This document shows, piece after piece, positions 26,536 through 35,659 of a stretch of DNA of 59,110 nucleotides. Position 1 is the first letter of the stretch. The number at the start of each line of letters is the position of its first letter. Position numbers and translations under genes: made by a program. This stretch comes from Clostridia bacterium. GTDB lineage: Bacteria > Bacillota > Clostridia > Oscillospirales > CAG-272. Below the pieces are notes generated by a model. The model did not search any database. It was not told the DNA's origin and saw only the letters and a program-made list of their open reading frames with translations. The stretch lies in the NCBI GenBank assembly GCA_024404975.1, contig JAKSPH010000001.1:1-59110 (forward strand). The letters run 5' to 3'.

Positions 26536-26744
26536 ATAAGAAATCACGGTTGATTATGGTTCTTCAAACTAACAAATTAAGAATAGAAAATACCCATAAA
26601 TTCTTTATGCAATCGCATCCATTCTTCCCCTAAAATTGCGTTTTGAATTAATAATCTCTTTGCTCGATGTCGATATTCTTGTTTTTCTTCCTCAACTAAC
26701 ATAATAAACTCTGTTCTTGCATCTCACCCAGGCTTTTCACATAC

Positions 26745-26785
26745 ATAAAAACAAGGGCAGGAGGTCGATTGACTTCCTGCCCTTG
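26745..26785 (-). terminator. rho-independent terminator of spoIIE
   Basis: On the reverse strand: CAAGGGCAGGA-agtcaatcgacc-TCCTGCCCTTG followed by TTTTTAT. Confidence 0.75.
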
Positions 26786-26826
26786 CGGCGTAATTACACC
26801 ATAAGTTTAGCGGAATCATTGTGCAG

Positions 26827-29190
26827 TCACGCCGGGATCTCGTCAATGTGGGCGACGAGGACGGTCATGTCGTCCTTGGCGCCGTTCTTTTCCTTGGCGG
26901 TTTTGACGACCGTCCGCGCGAGGTCGGCGGGGTTATCCGCGGGAGAGGAGGCGAGGAGTTCGAGCAGCCACGGCGAATCTTCCGGCGAGATGCTCACGCC
27001 GTCGGAACACATCACGACGGTGTCGCCGGGCAGGATCTCCATGCGGATTCGCTCGGCATCGACGTTCTGGATCACGCCGAGGGGGACGGTCTGACTCCGG
27101 ATGCGGAAAATCGAAGAGCCGCGTTTGAGGTACGAGGGCGCCGCACCGCTCTTGAAGAACTGACCTTCGCCGCCCTTCAAATCAAACTCGAACAGGTCGA
27201 CCGTGGCGGAGCATTCCTCCGTGCCGTCGCGTAAAAGCCGGTTCAGAAGCGAGAGCGCCGTGACTTTGGAACACCCTGTTCCGAGTATTTTTTTGAGATA
27301 GGAAACCGCGAAATCCGAGGCACGGCGGGCGACCTCACCGGTTCCCATACCGTCGCAGATCACGGCGTAATAAGTGCCGTCCTCGCCCTCAAACATGCCG
27401 CAGACGTCGCCCGAAATCTCACTGTTCGCCTCCGGAGAACTCGCGGCGGCACACGCGACCGCGTACTTTTTCTCGCTCACGGCTTTGAACAGAACCGTGT
27501 CGTTTTTCTTGAAAAATTCTGGCTTGGACAGGACGAGTCCCAAGGTTTCCTCAAACCGTTTGCGCACTTCCGGCGAGGTGATTTTCTCGCCGTCCGAGGT
27601 TTGCGCCGCCGCGAGAACCGTCTTTTGCCGATCGCCGAAAGCGCGCACAACGCCGGTCGGGAACCCACATCCGAGGAAGGTTTTTTCAAGTTTTTCGGAA
27701 GCGGTCCTGTCGAGTTCCAACTCACGCCCCGCACCGAGCCGCACTTCGTTCATCAGTTTGGAAACGAGTTCCAGCACGTCCGCGGCATCCGGATTTCCGC
27801 CGTGCGCACAGGTGATGAAATACCGGTTCGCGGCGCCTTGGAGCGACGATGCGAGTTCGTCCCGCTTGGCACAATCGAACAGATCTTCGCCCGCGGGAGT
27901 TTGTCCGCGGCAGATCTTTTCCGCCGCCTTTTTCACCGCCGCGTCGCGGATGCCGGAACAGACGGCACGGTGTTCGCAGATCCTGCATTTGAGGCGTGCT
28001 TCCTCTTTCAGAGCCTGTTCCACGCCGACGGTCAGCGGCTCGGAATCGGTGATCCCGCTCCGCCGTAAGAGCGGGGCAATGCCGAGCAGCGCTTCTTCGA
28101 GCCGTGCCGTGCCTTCCGTTTTCCCGCGCAGGGAAAGTGCCATCGTGCCGACCATATCGGTCGCGGCATCCGTTGCGCAAACCTCACCCGGCGATACTTC
28201 TTCGGTTTTCAGAAGCCGCAGAAGCGGGAAGAAAAGCGACGCGCCGATGGCGTATTCGGGGAAGGTCGCGAGCAGTGCCGCCGTTCCGCCGGAATAGAAA
28301 CTCCACAGAGCGAGGGCGGCGGCGCCGCCGAAAAGCGCGTAAGGCGCACCGATTTTCAGAAGCAGAGCCGCGGCACCGCCCGCAAGAGCGAAGCCGACCG
28401 CGTGGAGCGGATCCACCGCCAGAAGCACGGCAAAACCCGCCGCCATCGCACGGAGCGCCCCGAAACGCTTTGCCGTAAACAGTACCGCCACCGTGGCGAA
28501 AAGATAGGAAAATCCGATGCCGAAAAAGGAGATCTCCCTGAGCGCGAAGCCGAAGGACAGAAGCGTCAGAAGGAGCGAACCCTGGAAACAGATGAGTTCC
28601 CACCGCTCGTTCTGCCGACGGCGGAACCCGCCGAGAATTGCCCGTCCGCCCGCGAAAAAGGATTCCGGCGAGAGGCTTTGAAACACGAAAAGCCCCTCGT
28701 ACACAAGGCAGGCGACCGCAGGGAACACCACACAGACTGCCGCGTAAAGCACGGAAGAAAAACTGCCGCCGACGAGCAGGATCTCATAGATTCCGAGAAT
28801 GAATCCCGAAAGCACGGAAACGCACAGTTTGAGCGAGAGTTTCTCGCGGAACAGTCTTTCGTCGCCCGTGGCACAGAGAACAGCGCGGACGAGCCACGTG
28901 AGCAAGTACACAAGCGCGTAGGGCAGACCGACTTTTCCGAGAGTGAGCGCGCCGAACGCCGCACCGAGTACGGCGGAAGTCATCCGCGCGGGCAGGGCGC
29001 AGAGAAAGCCGAGTGCCAGCGGATAGGAGCCGAAGGCGACGTGGCAACGCGCGAGAACGAACGCCGTTATGACCGTGAGAAAGTCCAAAAGCCAAAGGGA
29101 CGTGTTCTCCCGCCGTTTCTGCGCGGCTTCCTCGAAGTAGTATCGCACGTTATCCAAAATACCGTTTTGTTTGCGTAATTCTTTTTCCAT
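26827..29190 (-). CDS. spoIIE: stage II sporulation protein E (membrane-anchored PP2C phosphatase)
   Basis: A polytopic N-terminal half plus a C-terminal PP2C domain (YAVICDGMGTGEVARRAS...FFKSGAAPSYLKR...VVMCSDGV). ATG 29190 is preferred over 29220 because GGGGGA lies 8 nt upstream. Confidence 0.9.
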   Translation of the reverse strand: MEKELRKQNGILDNVRYYFEEAAQKRRENTSLWLLDFLTVITAFVLARCHVAFGSYPLALGFLCALPARMTSAVLGAAFGALTLGKVGLPYALVYLLTWLVRAVLCATGDERLFREKLSLKLCVSVLSGFILGIYEILLVGGSFSSVLYAAVCVVFPAVACLVYEGLFVFQSLSPESFFAGGRAILGGFRRRQNERWELICFQGSLLLTLLSFGFALREISFFGIGFSYLFATVAVLFTAKRFGALRAMAAGFAVLLAVDPLHAVGFALAGGAAALLLKIGAPYALFGGAAALALWSFYSGGTAALLATFPEYAIGASLFFPLLRLLKTEEVSPGEVCATDAATDMVGTMALSLRGKTEGTARLEEALLGIAPLLRRSGITDSEPLTVGVEQALKEEARLKCRICEHRAVCSGIRDAAVKKAAEKICRGQTPAGEDLFDCAKRDELASSLQGAANRYFITCAHGGNPDAADVLELVSKLMNEVRLGAGRELELDRTASEKLEKTFLGCGFPTGVVRAFGDRQKTVLAAAQTSDGEKITSPEVRKRFEETLGLVLSKPEFFKKNDTVLFKAVSEKKYAVACAAASSPEANSEISGDVCGMFEGEDGTYYAVICDGMGTGEVARRASDFAVSYLKKILGTGCSKVTALSLLNRLLRDGTEECSATVDLFEFDLKGGEGQFFKSGAAPSYLKRGSSIFRIRSQTVPLGVIQNVDAERIRMEILPGDTVVMCSDGVSISPEDSPWLLELLASSPADNPADLARTVVKTAKEKNGAKDDMTVLVAHIDEIPA

Positions 29191-29412
29191 AAACGTTTTC
29201 CCCCGTTTCTTTTTCTTCATTATATATCAGAGAAAAACAAAAATCTGTCGATTGCGGTTTGGCGAAGGCGGTTGTTTTTCCGCGAAACGGAAAAGACGGT
29301 GTTGCGTTTGCGGGAAGGAACGGGGAACCGTTCGGATTTTGCGATATTTTCATCCGGAAATCGGCGGGAATCACGCATAATTTCAAAATTTCTTCCGACA
29401 CGGCAAAAAAAG

Positions 29413-29441
29413 TTGCATTTGCCGCGCTTTTGTGGTACAAT
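29413..29441 (+). promoter_or_regulatory. sigma-A type promoter of truB
   Basis: TTGCAT (29413-29418), a 17-nt spacer, then TACAAT (29436-29441). Confidence 0.55.
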
Positions 29442-29472
29442 ATCCGTGAGAAAAATGCCGGAGGAAAGCATT

Positions 29473-30366
29473 GTGAAAAGCGGATACGTCATCATTGACA
29501 AAGGACTGAATATGACGAGTCAGACGGTCGTCACACGGGTGAAACGTCTGTTCGGCGCGGACAAAGCCGGGCATACGGGAACTCTCGATCCGATGGCGAC
29601 GGGGGTGCTTCCCGTTCTGCTCGGACGGGCAGTCAAAGCGAGCGAATTCATGCTTTCCTCGACCAAACACTACGTTGCGACACTCAGACTCGGTCTGACC
29701 TCGGACACGGAGGACGTGTTCGGAACCGTGACAGGGACCGGCGCACCCATTCCCGGCGAGGCGGAAGTCTATGCCGCGATTGATTCCTTCGTGGGTGAGA
29801 TCGATCAGATCCCGCCGATGGTGTCCGCCCTCAAAGTCGGCGGAAAGAAACTCTGCGATCTGTCAAGGCAGGGAATCGTGATCGAGCGCCAACCGCGGAA
29901 GATCACCGTCTATTCCATCGGAAAATCCCGGATCTCCGACACGGACTATATGCTCGACGTGGTCTGTTCCGGCGGAACCTACATCCGCACCCTGTGCGCC
30001 GACATCGGAAATAAACTCGGTTGCGGGGGCGTGATGGCATCGCTCCGGCGTGCGGGGGCGTGCGGTTTTTCCCTCGCGGAAGCGCACACGCTGGAGGAGA
30101 TCGAGGCGATGACCGAGGAGGAGAGAGAAGCGCTCATCCGCCCTGTGGAAACCGTCTTTTCGTCATGGGAAAAGATCGAACTCCCGCCGTTCTTCGCGCG
30201 CCTTGCGCGTTGTGGGGTGGAGATCTATCAAAAGAAGATCGGCACGTCGCTCCCCCTCGGAACGCGGGTAACGCTATACGAATCCGGCAAGTTCTTCGCC
30301 CTCGGCGAGGTACGGGAATTTGACGCCGGAACCGCGATCAAACCCATCCGTCAATTTGACGTCTGA
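29473..30366 (+). CDS. truB: tRNA pseudouridine(55) synthase
   Basis: VKSGYVIIDKGLNMTSQTVVTRVKRLFGADKAGHTGTLDPMATGVLPVLLG contains the catalytic Asp motif HTGTLDP. GTG 29473 has a GGAGGA RBS (29460-29465). The alternative start is ATG 29455. Confidence 0.9.
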   Translation: MKSGYVIIDKGLNMTSQTVVTRVKRLFGADKAGHTGTLDPMATGVLPVLLGRAVKASEFMLSSTKHYVATLRLGLTSDTEDVFGTVTGTGAPIPGEAEVYAAIDSFVGEIDQIPPMVSALKVGGKKLCDLSRQGIVIERQPRKITVYSIGKSRISDTDYMLDVVCSGGTYIRTLCADIGNKLGCGGVMASLRRAGACGFSLAEAHTLEEIEAMTEEEREALIRPVETVFSSWEKIELPPFFARLARCGVEIYQKKIGTSLPLGTRVTLYESGKFFALGEVREFDAGTAIKPIRQFDV

Positions 30367-30397
30367 CACCGCTAAATTCGAAAAGCAGGAGAGATCT

Positions 30398-33300
30398 ATG
30401 GAAATCACGGCATCCCAACAGAAAGCCATCGACGCAAGAAATAAAACCCTGCTCGTCAGTGCGGCGGCAGGTTCGGGAAAGACGTTCACGCTCACATCGC
30501 GTATCATCGCATCGCTTTTGGACGAAACTCACCCCGCGGACATCACGAAAATGCTCATCGTTACCTTCACGAACGCCGCGACGGAAGAACTGCGCGCGAA
30601 GATCACGAAAGCACTCTCCGAAGCCCTCTTGAAGAACCCGAACAACGCGCGTCTGGAACGTCAGTTGCACCTGCTTCCGACGGCGTCCATCCGCACCATC
30701 GACGCCTTTTGCAACGATATTCTGAAGACCGTCGCGGAGGGCGCGGGACTTCCTCCCGGATACCGCGTGCCGGATATGGCGGAGATCGATCTGCTCCGCG
30801 CGCGGATGATGAACTCGACCGTGGAGAGTTATTACGAGAACGCCTACGCCGACACGCTGAACGCGGCGGAATTCTCGGAAATCGCCGACTGCCTTTCCCT
30901 CAACAAAGCCGACGGCGACGTGGAAGTCTGCCTTACCTATTTATATCAGCTGACGCAGACGCATGAGGACGGTGTCCGCTCTCTGCGCCCCATGGCGGAA
31001 AAGTATCTTCTCCCCGAAAGCATCCCGATCGAGGGTTGTGAATTCGGCGAGCGCATCCTGCTCCACCTGCACCGCTGTGCGGGATACTATCTGAACGTCT
31101 ACTCCCCCGTCGTCCGCGAACTTGAGGACATAGGCGAGGAGATATATCTACCCTATTACGCCTATTTCGTCGAGAAACTGAAGGCACTTTGCGCGTGTGA
31201 CACCTACCTCGGCGCAAGGGAGATCCTGACGGCTTTCGAACCGCCGGATAAGACCGATTTGGCGAAAAGCACCCCCGACTGCGTGCGGGAAGTGAGAAAG
31301 CTCGCGGACGCCGCTTTTCTGGATGAAATCATCGGACTTCGTAAACAATTCTTCTCATATTCGGAAGAAGAATTCCGCAAAATGTTCGCACGTCTTTACA
31401 AAATCACGAGTGGGATCTGCTCCGTTCTTGAGAACTTCGACCGTGCTTTCCGCGCGGAAAAGAAGCGGCTCGGCATTTGCGAATACTCCGATATGGAATA
31501 CTACACCTATGAAGCACTGTACGGTGAGGACGGTCAGCCGAGCGAGTTCGCGCTCTCTTTGCGCGACCAATACGAGGCGGTGTATATCGACGAATATCAG
31601 GACGTGAATCGCCTGCAAAACAAGATCTTCGAGGCGATCTCCCGCCCCGACAACCGCTTTATGGTCGGCGACGTAAAGCAGAGTATTTACGGTTTCCGCA
31701 ACGCGGATCCCACCATTTTCGCCGAGATGAAGTCCCGTTTTCCCGCTTTGGATGACAGCGAAGGCATCCCTGCCGCTGCGCTCTTTATGTCCGAGAACTT
31801 CCGTTGCGACGAAACCGTCGTCAATTACGTGAACGAGGTGTTCGGCACTCTGTTCGTCAGAGCGTGCCCCTCCGTCGGCTACAAAGACGGGGACAAACTG
31901 AACTTCCGCAAACTGTACGACAAGGACAAAGATATCGTTCAAAGCCGCCCCGTGGAGATCCTCCACGTCAACTATTCTTCCCGCAAAAAAGACACCGCGG
32001 AGGATGCGGAAAAGAACGCGCTCACCAATTTACAGGCGGAAGCCGCCGCCGTCGCCGAAAAGATCCGTTCTCTGATGGAAAACGAGAAAAAGAACCGCGC
32101 CGACGAGAGCGGAAGCCGCGATCTCCATTATTCCGATATCGTCATTCTGATGCGGAACGCGGGTTCCAAAGGTCCCGATTTTGCGGCGGAACTCGAAGCG
32201 CGGGGTATCCCCGTCACCGGTGATTTCGAAGGCGATCTTCTGAAATCCCCCGAAGTGCTTCTGACACTCTGCCTGCTCGGCGCGATCGACAACCCCTGCC
32301 GTGACGTGTATCTGACCGGCTTGATGCTCTCGCCTCTGTTCAACTTCACGCCGGATGAACTCGCGCTCATCCGCACCGGAACTTCGTACAAAAAGCCGTT
32401 CTACCGCTCCTTGACGGAGTACGTGGAAAAGCACCCCGAATTTGAAAAAGGGGCATCCTTCCTCAAAACGCTTTCCGATTACCGCCGGATCAGCGAGGGA
32501 ATGCCGGTCGAGAAATTTCTCTACCGTCTGTACCGTGAAACCGGTCTGTTTGCCGTCGCGACAGAGCATGGCAGACAGGAAAACCTGCTCCGTCTGTACG
32601 AATACGCGCGCAAGTTCGAGCAATCCTCTTACCGCGGACTTTATACGTTCGTCAGTTACCTTTGCCGTGTTTTGGAAAACAAAGCGAAATTCGGCGGCGG
32701 AGAGTCCTCCGACAACGGCGGCGATGCCGTCAGAATCGTTACGATCCACCACTCCAAAGGTCTGGAATACCCCGTCGTGATCCTCGCCGGCACGGGTTCT
32801 TCTCTGTTCGGCAGAACCGCGAACGCGGGAGAGCGATTCATTCCGTTCAAGAGCGGGTTCGGCTTCTCCGTCAATATGCCCGACGAAAAGAAACTCTCGC
32901 TCGTGAAAAACCCCGTCTGCAACCTCATTGAAAGCGAGAATGCGAGGGACGGATTTGAGGAAGAATTGCGCGTTCTGTACGTCGCGCTGACCCGCGCGCA
33001 GGAAAAACTCATCATTACGGGACTTGTCCCCGATGAGGAGAAGAGAAAAGATAAACTCGATTTCCTCCGCCGGACGATGACGGACGAAACGTTCTACCGT
33101 CAAACGACGTATCTCGATCTTTTGGAACTTTCGGGCGCGTTTGCGAAAACCGAGCGCGTGACACCGCCGATTGACGAGGACGAGGAAGCAGAAACCGAGG
33201 TTCCGCCGACCGAAAGCGAAGTTTCGGAGGAAGCACCGGTCGAGCCGGACGGCGAACTCACGGAACTTCTAAAATCGAGATTTTCATACACCTACCCCGA

Positions 33301-34018
33301 TCCCGTGATGACGCGTGTACCCGAAAAACTGTCCGTTTCCGTCCTCTATCCCGCGATTCTGGACGAGGACACGGACGAGGAACTCACCGTCGAGGAGGGA
33401 TCTTCCGTCCACAAGCCGCGCAAAAAGCGAACCGTCCTGCCGGACTTCTACACCGGCGTTGTCAGCGACGACGGCGCGAAGCGGGGAATTGCCACGCACG
33501 AATTCCTGCAGTTCTGCGATTTTTCCGCCCTTCTCTCGCACGGCGTAAAAGAAGAACTCGATCGGCTGACACGTGAGAAGTTTCTGTCGGCGGCGGACCG
33601 TGAAAAAGTCCGTATCGACGAACTTGAAAAGTTCAGGGTTTCCGCCTTGCTCCGCGAGATGAGCGAATCCGCGGAGAAGTATCGGGAATTCCGTTTCAAC
33701 GTCCTTCTTCCCGCGGAGAAGTTCACGTCCGATCCCGATAAAAAAATCGCCCTGACGGGGCAAAAACTGCTCGTTCAGGGCGTGATCGACTGTCTGTTCC
33801 GCAACGCGGCGGGGGATCTCGTTCTGGTCGATTACAAGACCGACCGGCTGACGAAGGAAGAACTCTCCGACAGAGAAAAAGCGGCACAGACGCTGACGGC
33901 AAAGCACCGTTCCCAGCTTCTGTATTACGCGGAAGCCGTGGAAAAAATGTTCGGCGCCTATCCGAAAAAGATCCTCATTTATTCTCTTCCGCTCGGCGAC
34001 ACCGTGGAAGTGAAATAA
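30398..34018 (+). CDS. addA: ATP-dependent helicase/nuclease subunit A (UvrD/PcrA-type helicase with a C-terminal PD-(D/E)xK nuclease)
   Basis: LLVSAAAGSGKTFTL (Walker A), YIDEYQDVN, VTIHHSKGLEYPVV, and the C-terminal nuclease motif LVQGVIDCLF...LVDYKTDR. The protein is 1206 aa. Confidence 0.85.
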   Translation: MEITASQQKAIDARNKTLLVSAAAGSGKTFTLTSRIIASLLDETHPADITKMLIVTFTNAATEELRAKITKALSEALLKNPNNARLERQLHLLPTASIRTIDAFCNDILKTVAEGAGLPPGYRVPDMAEIDLLRARMMNSTVESYYENAYADTLNAAEFSEIADCLSLNKADGDVEVCLTYLYQLTQTHEDGVRSLRPMAEKYLLPESIPIEGCEFGERILLHLHRCAGYYLNVYSPVVRELEDIGEEIYLPYYAYFVEKLKALCACDTYLGAREILTAFEPPDKTDLAKSTPDCVREVRKLADAAFLDEIIGLRKQFFSYSEEEFRKMFARLYKITSGICSVLENFDRAFRAEKKRLGICEYSDMEYYTYEALYGEDGQPSEFALSLRDQYEAVYIDEYQDVNRLQNKIFEAISRPDNRFMVGDVKQSIYGFRNADPTIFAEMKSRFPALDDSEGIPAAALFMSENFRCDETVVNYVNEVFGTLFVRACPSVGYKDGDKLNFRKLYDKDKDIVQSRPVEILHVNYSSRKKDTAEDAEKNALTNLQAEAAAVAEKIRSLMENEKKNRADESGSRDLHYSDIVILMRNAGSKGPDFAAELEARGIPVTGDFEGDLLKSPEVLLTLCLLGAIDNPCRDVYLTGLMLSPLFNFTPDELALIRTGTSYKKPFYRSLTEYVEKHPEFEKGASFLKTLSDYRRISEGMPVEKFLYRLYRETGLFAVATEHGRQENLLRLYEYARKFEQSSYRGLYTFVSYLCRVLENKAKFGGGESSDNGGDAVRIVTIHHSKGLEYPVVILAGTGSSLFGRTANAGERFIPFKSGFGFSVNMPDEKKLSLVKNPVCNLIESENARDGFEEELRVLYVALTRAQEKLIITGLVPDEEKRKDKLDFLRRTMTDETFYRQTTYLDLLELSGAFAKTERVTPPIDEDEEAETEVPPTESEVSEEAPVEPDGELTELLKSRFSYTYPDPVMTRVPEKLSVSVLYPAILDEDTDEELTVEEGSSVHKPRKKRTVLPDFYTGVVSDDGAKRGIATHEFLQFCDFSALLSHGVKEELDRLTREKFLSAADREKVRIDELEKFRVSALLREMSESAEKYREFRFNVLLPAEKFTSDPDKKIALTGQKLLVQGVIDCLFRNAAGDLVLVDYKTDRLTKEELSDREKAAQTLTAKHRSQLLYYAEAVEKMFGAYPKKILIYSLPLGDTVEVK

Positions 34019-34047
34019 TAAATCTTCTTTCATTTATATGTAAAAAG

Positions 34048-34090
34048 CCCACAGGCAAGCAAGTCTTTCCTGTGGGTTATTTGTTTTGTT
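34048..34090. terminator. bidirectional terminator
   Basis: CCCACAGG-caagcaagtcttt-CCTGTGGG, flanked by AAAAAG and a T-rich tail. Confidence 0.7.
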
Positions 34091-34092
34091 TT

Positions 34093-34410
34093 TCATCCGA
34101 AAAGGGTGTAGACGATCTCTTCGAGAATTCCGGTTTTGTCGAGGACGAACATGGCGGTGCCGACCGCGGTGCCGATAATGGAGAGGACGAGTCCCGCGAC
34201 GGTGATGCCGTCGTAATAATCAAGGTTCTTTCTTGAGATCGCGGCAACGACGATACCGAGGCCGCCGAGGATCGGAGAAAGCAGTCCGAAGGAAAAAGCA
34301 CACGCGGCGGCGGCAATGCCGAGAACTAAAGATATGAGGGAAAACAGCCGTGTCCGTCGGGGTCCCTCAATGGGATCGTCCTGCCGGATCTGCTCATTTT
34401 CGGTGTTCAT
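34093..34410 (-). CDS. small membrane protein (DUF4190-like, 2 TM helices)
   Basis: AAGGAGAG RBS. Two hydrophobic helices (LFSLISLVLGIAAAACAF and GITVAGLVLSIIGTAVGTAMFV). It is probably co-transcribed with pyrR. Confidence 0.6.
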   Translation of the reverse strand: MNTENEQIRQDDPIEGPRRTRLFSLISLVLGIAAAACAFSFGLLSPILGGLGIVVAAISRKNLDYYDGITVAGLVLSIIGTAVGTAMFVLDKTGILEEIVYTLFG

Positions 34411-34428
34411 GGGATCTCTCCTTTCTCG

Positions 34429-34989
34429 TTAAATTTCACTCAGAATGGAAACGGAGTTTTCTCCGTCGATGGTATCGACTTTCACACTCACGACCTCATG
34501 GCGGGACGTGGGAATGTTCTTGCCGACGAAATCGGGTTTGAAGGGAAGTTCGCGCAGACCTCTGTCAATGAGAATGGCGAGTTGGACGGTGCGGGGTCTG
34601 CCGAGGCGGAAAATGCCGTCGAGCGCGGCTCTGACGGTTCTTCCCGTAAAGATGACGTCATCCACGATGACGACGTTTTTGCCATTGATGTCAAAATTGA
34701 TTTTCGTACCGTTGAGGACCGGCTGTACGTTGACGAGCGAGAGGTCGTCGCGGTAGAAGGAGATGTCGAGAGAACCGACGGGGACTTTGACGCCTTCGAT
34801 CTTTTCGAGGGCGGCGGAAATGCGTTCTGCGAGAGGCGCGCCGCGGCGGACAATACCCACCAGCACTACGTTCTCAACACCGCAATTGCGTTCGGTGATC
34901 TCGTGCGCGATACGGATGACGGCGCGATTCATCGCGGCTTCGTCCATGATCTGTGCTTTAACTTTCAACTTATCCGTATTCACCGTCAT
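34429..34989 (-). CDS. pyrR: bifunctional pyr operon regulator / uracil phosphoribosyltransferase
   Basis: [37 protein letters not shown] (the PRPP motif) and [17 protein letters not shown] match B. subtilis PyrR. GTG 34983 has better RBS spacing than ATG 34989. Confidence 0.9.
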   Translation of the reverse strand: MTVNTDKLKVKAQIMDEAAMNRAVIRIAHEITERNCGVENVVLVGIVRRGAPLAERISAALEKIEGVKVPVGSLDISFYRDDLSLVNVQPVLNGTKINFDINGKNVVIVDDVIFTGRTVRAALDGIFRLGRPRTVQLAILIDRGLRELPFKPDFVGKNIPTSRHEVVSVKVDTIDGENSVSILSEI

Positions 34990-35206
34990 TCTCCTTTTTC
35001 TGTGTTGCTTTCTTTTAATTATAATATATTTTTTTCAAAAAATCAAGACCAAAAAATAAAGGAGTGAGAAAACTTTTCTTCTTTTGCGGGAGCGTGGATT
35101 TTTCATGCCTCTCCGCATATTTTTTCTTTTTTTACAAACACTGTTTCCGACTGCAAAAACCGTTGTCTTTTTGCTATAATACTTTACATTTCGGGGAGAA
35201 AAATTC

Positions 35207-35659
35207 ATGTTTTCCAAAGAAAAGTATAAAAAACTCGTTACAGAAACCGCAGAAAAATCCCCGCTTTTCCGCGACTGTTTCTTCGCTTTTACCGTCGGCG
35301 GAGGGATCTGTGCCGCGGGGGAAGGTTTCCGCCTTTGGCTCCTTTCGGTCGGGACGGAGGAAAAATCCGCGGGATTTTGCGTGACGTTATCCCTCATTCT
35401 GCTCTCGGCTTTACTGACCGGGATCGGCGTTTACGACAGGATCGCGAAGGTCGCGGGAGCGGGAACTCTCGTCCCCGTCACGGGGTTTGCGAACGCGGTC
35501 GTGCCCCCTGCGCTCGACACGAAAAGCGAAGGACTGCTCGTCGGGACCGAAACAAAAATCTTCTCCGTCTGCGGTCCTGTCATCCTCTACTCCACCCTTG
35601 CGGGAGGGTTGTACGGTCTGATTCTTTTTGCCGTGAAGATGCTTGGAGGTACTTTATGA
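35207..35659 (+). CDS. spoVAC: stage V sporulation protein AC
   Basis: FFAFTVGGGICAAGEG...GAGTLVPVTGFANAVVPPALDTKSEG is the SpoVAC signature. The protein is 150 aa and the stop overlaps the spoVAD start. Confidence 0.9.
   Translation: MFSKEKYKKLVTETAEKSPLFRDCFFAFTVGGGICAAGEGFRLWLLSVGTEEKSAGFCVTLSLILLSALLTGIGVYDRIAKVAGAGTLVPVTGFANAVVPPALDTKSEGLLVGTETKIFSVCGPVILYSTLAGGLYGLILFAVKMLGGTL

Noticed and set aside
29221-29412. Spo0A boxes in the spoIIE promoter region (for example TGTCGAT near 29244).
   Set aside because: I found only single near-matches to TGNCGAA, in no clear arrangement relative to a -35/-10 pair. That is too weak to annotate.
35120-35206. A sigma-G promoter for the spoVA operon.
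   Set aside because: GCTATAATA resembles both a sigma-A -10 element and the sigma-G CATAATA motif, and the -35 match is poor. The sigma factor cannot be assigned from sequence alone.
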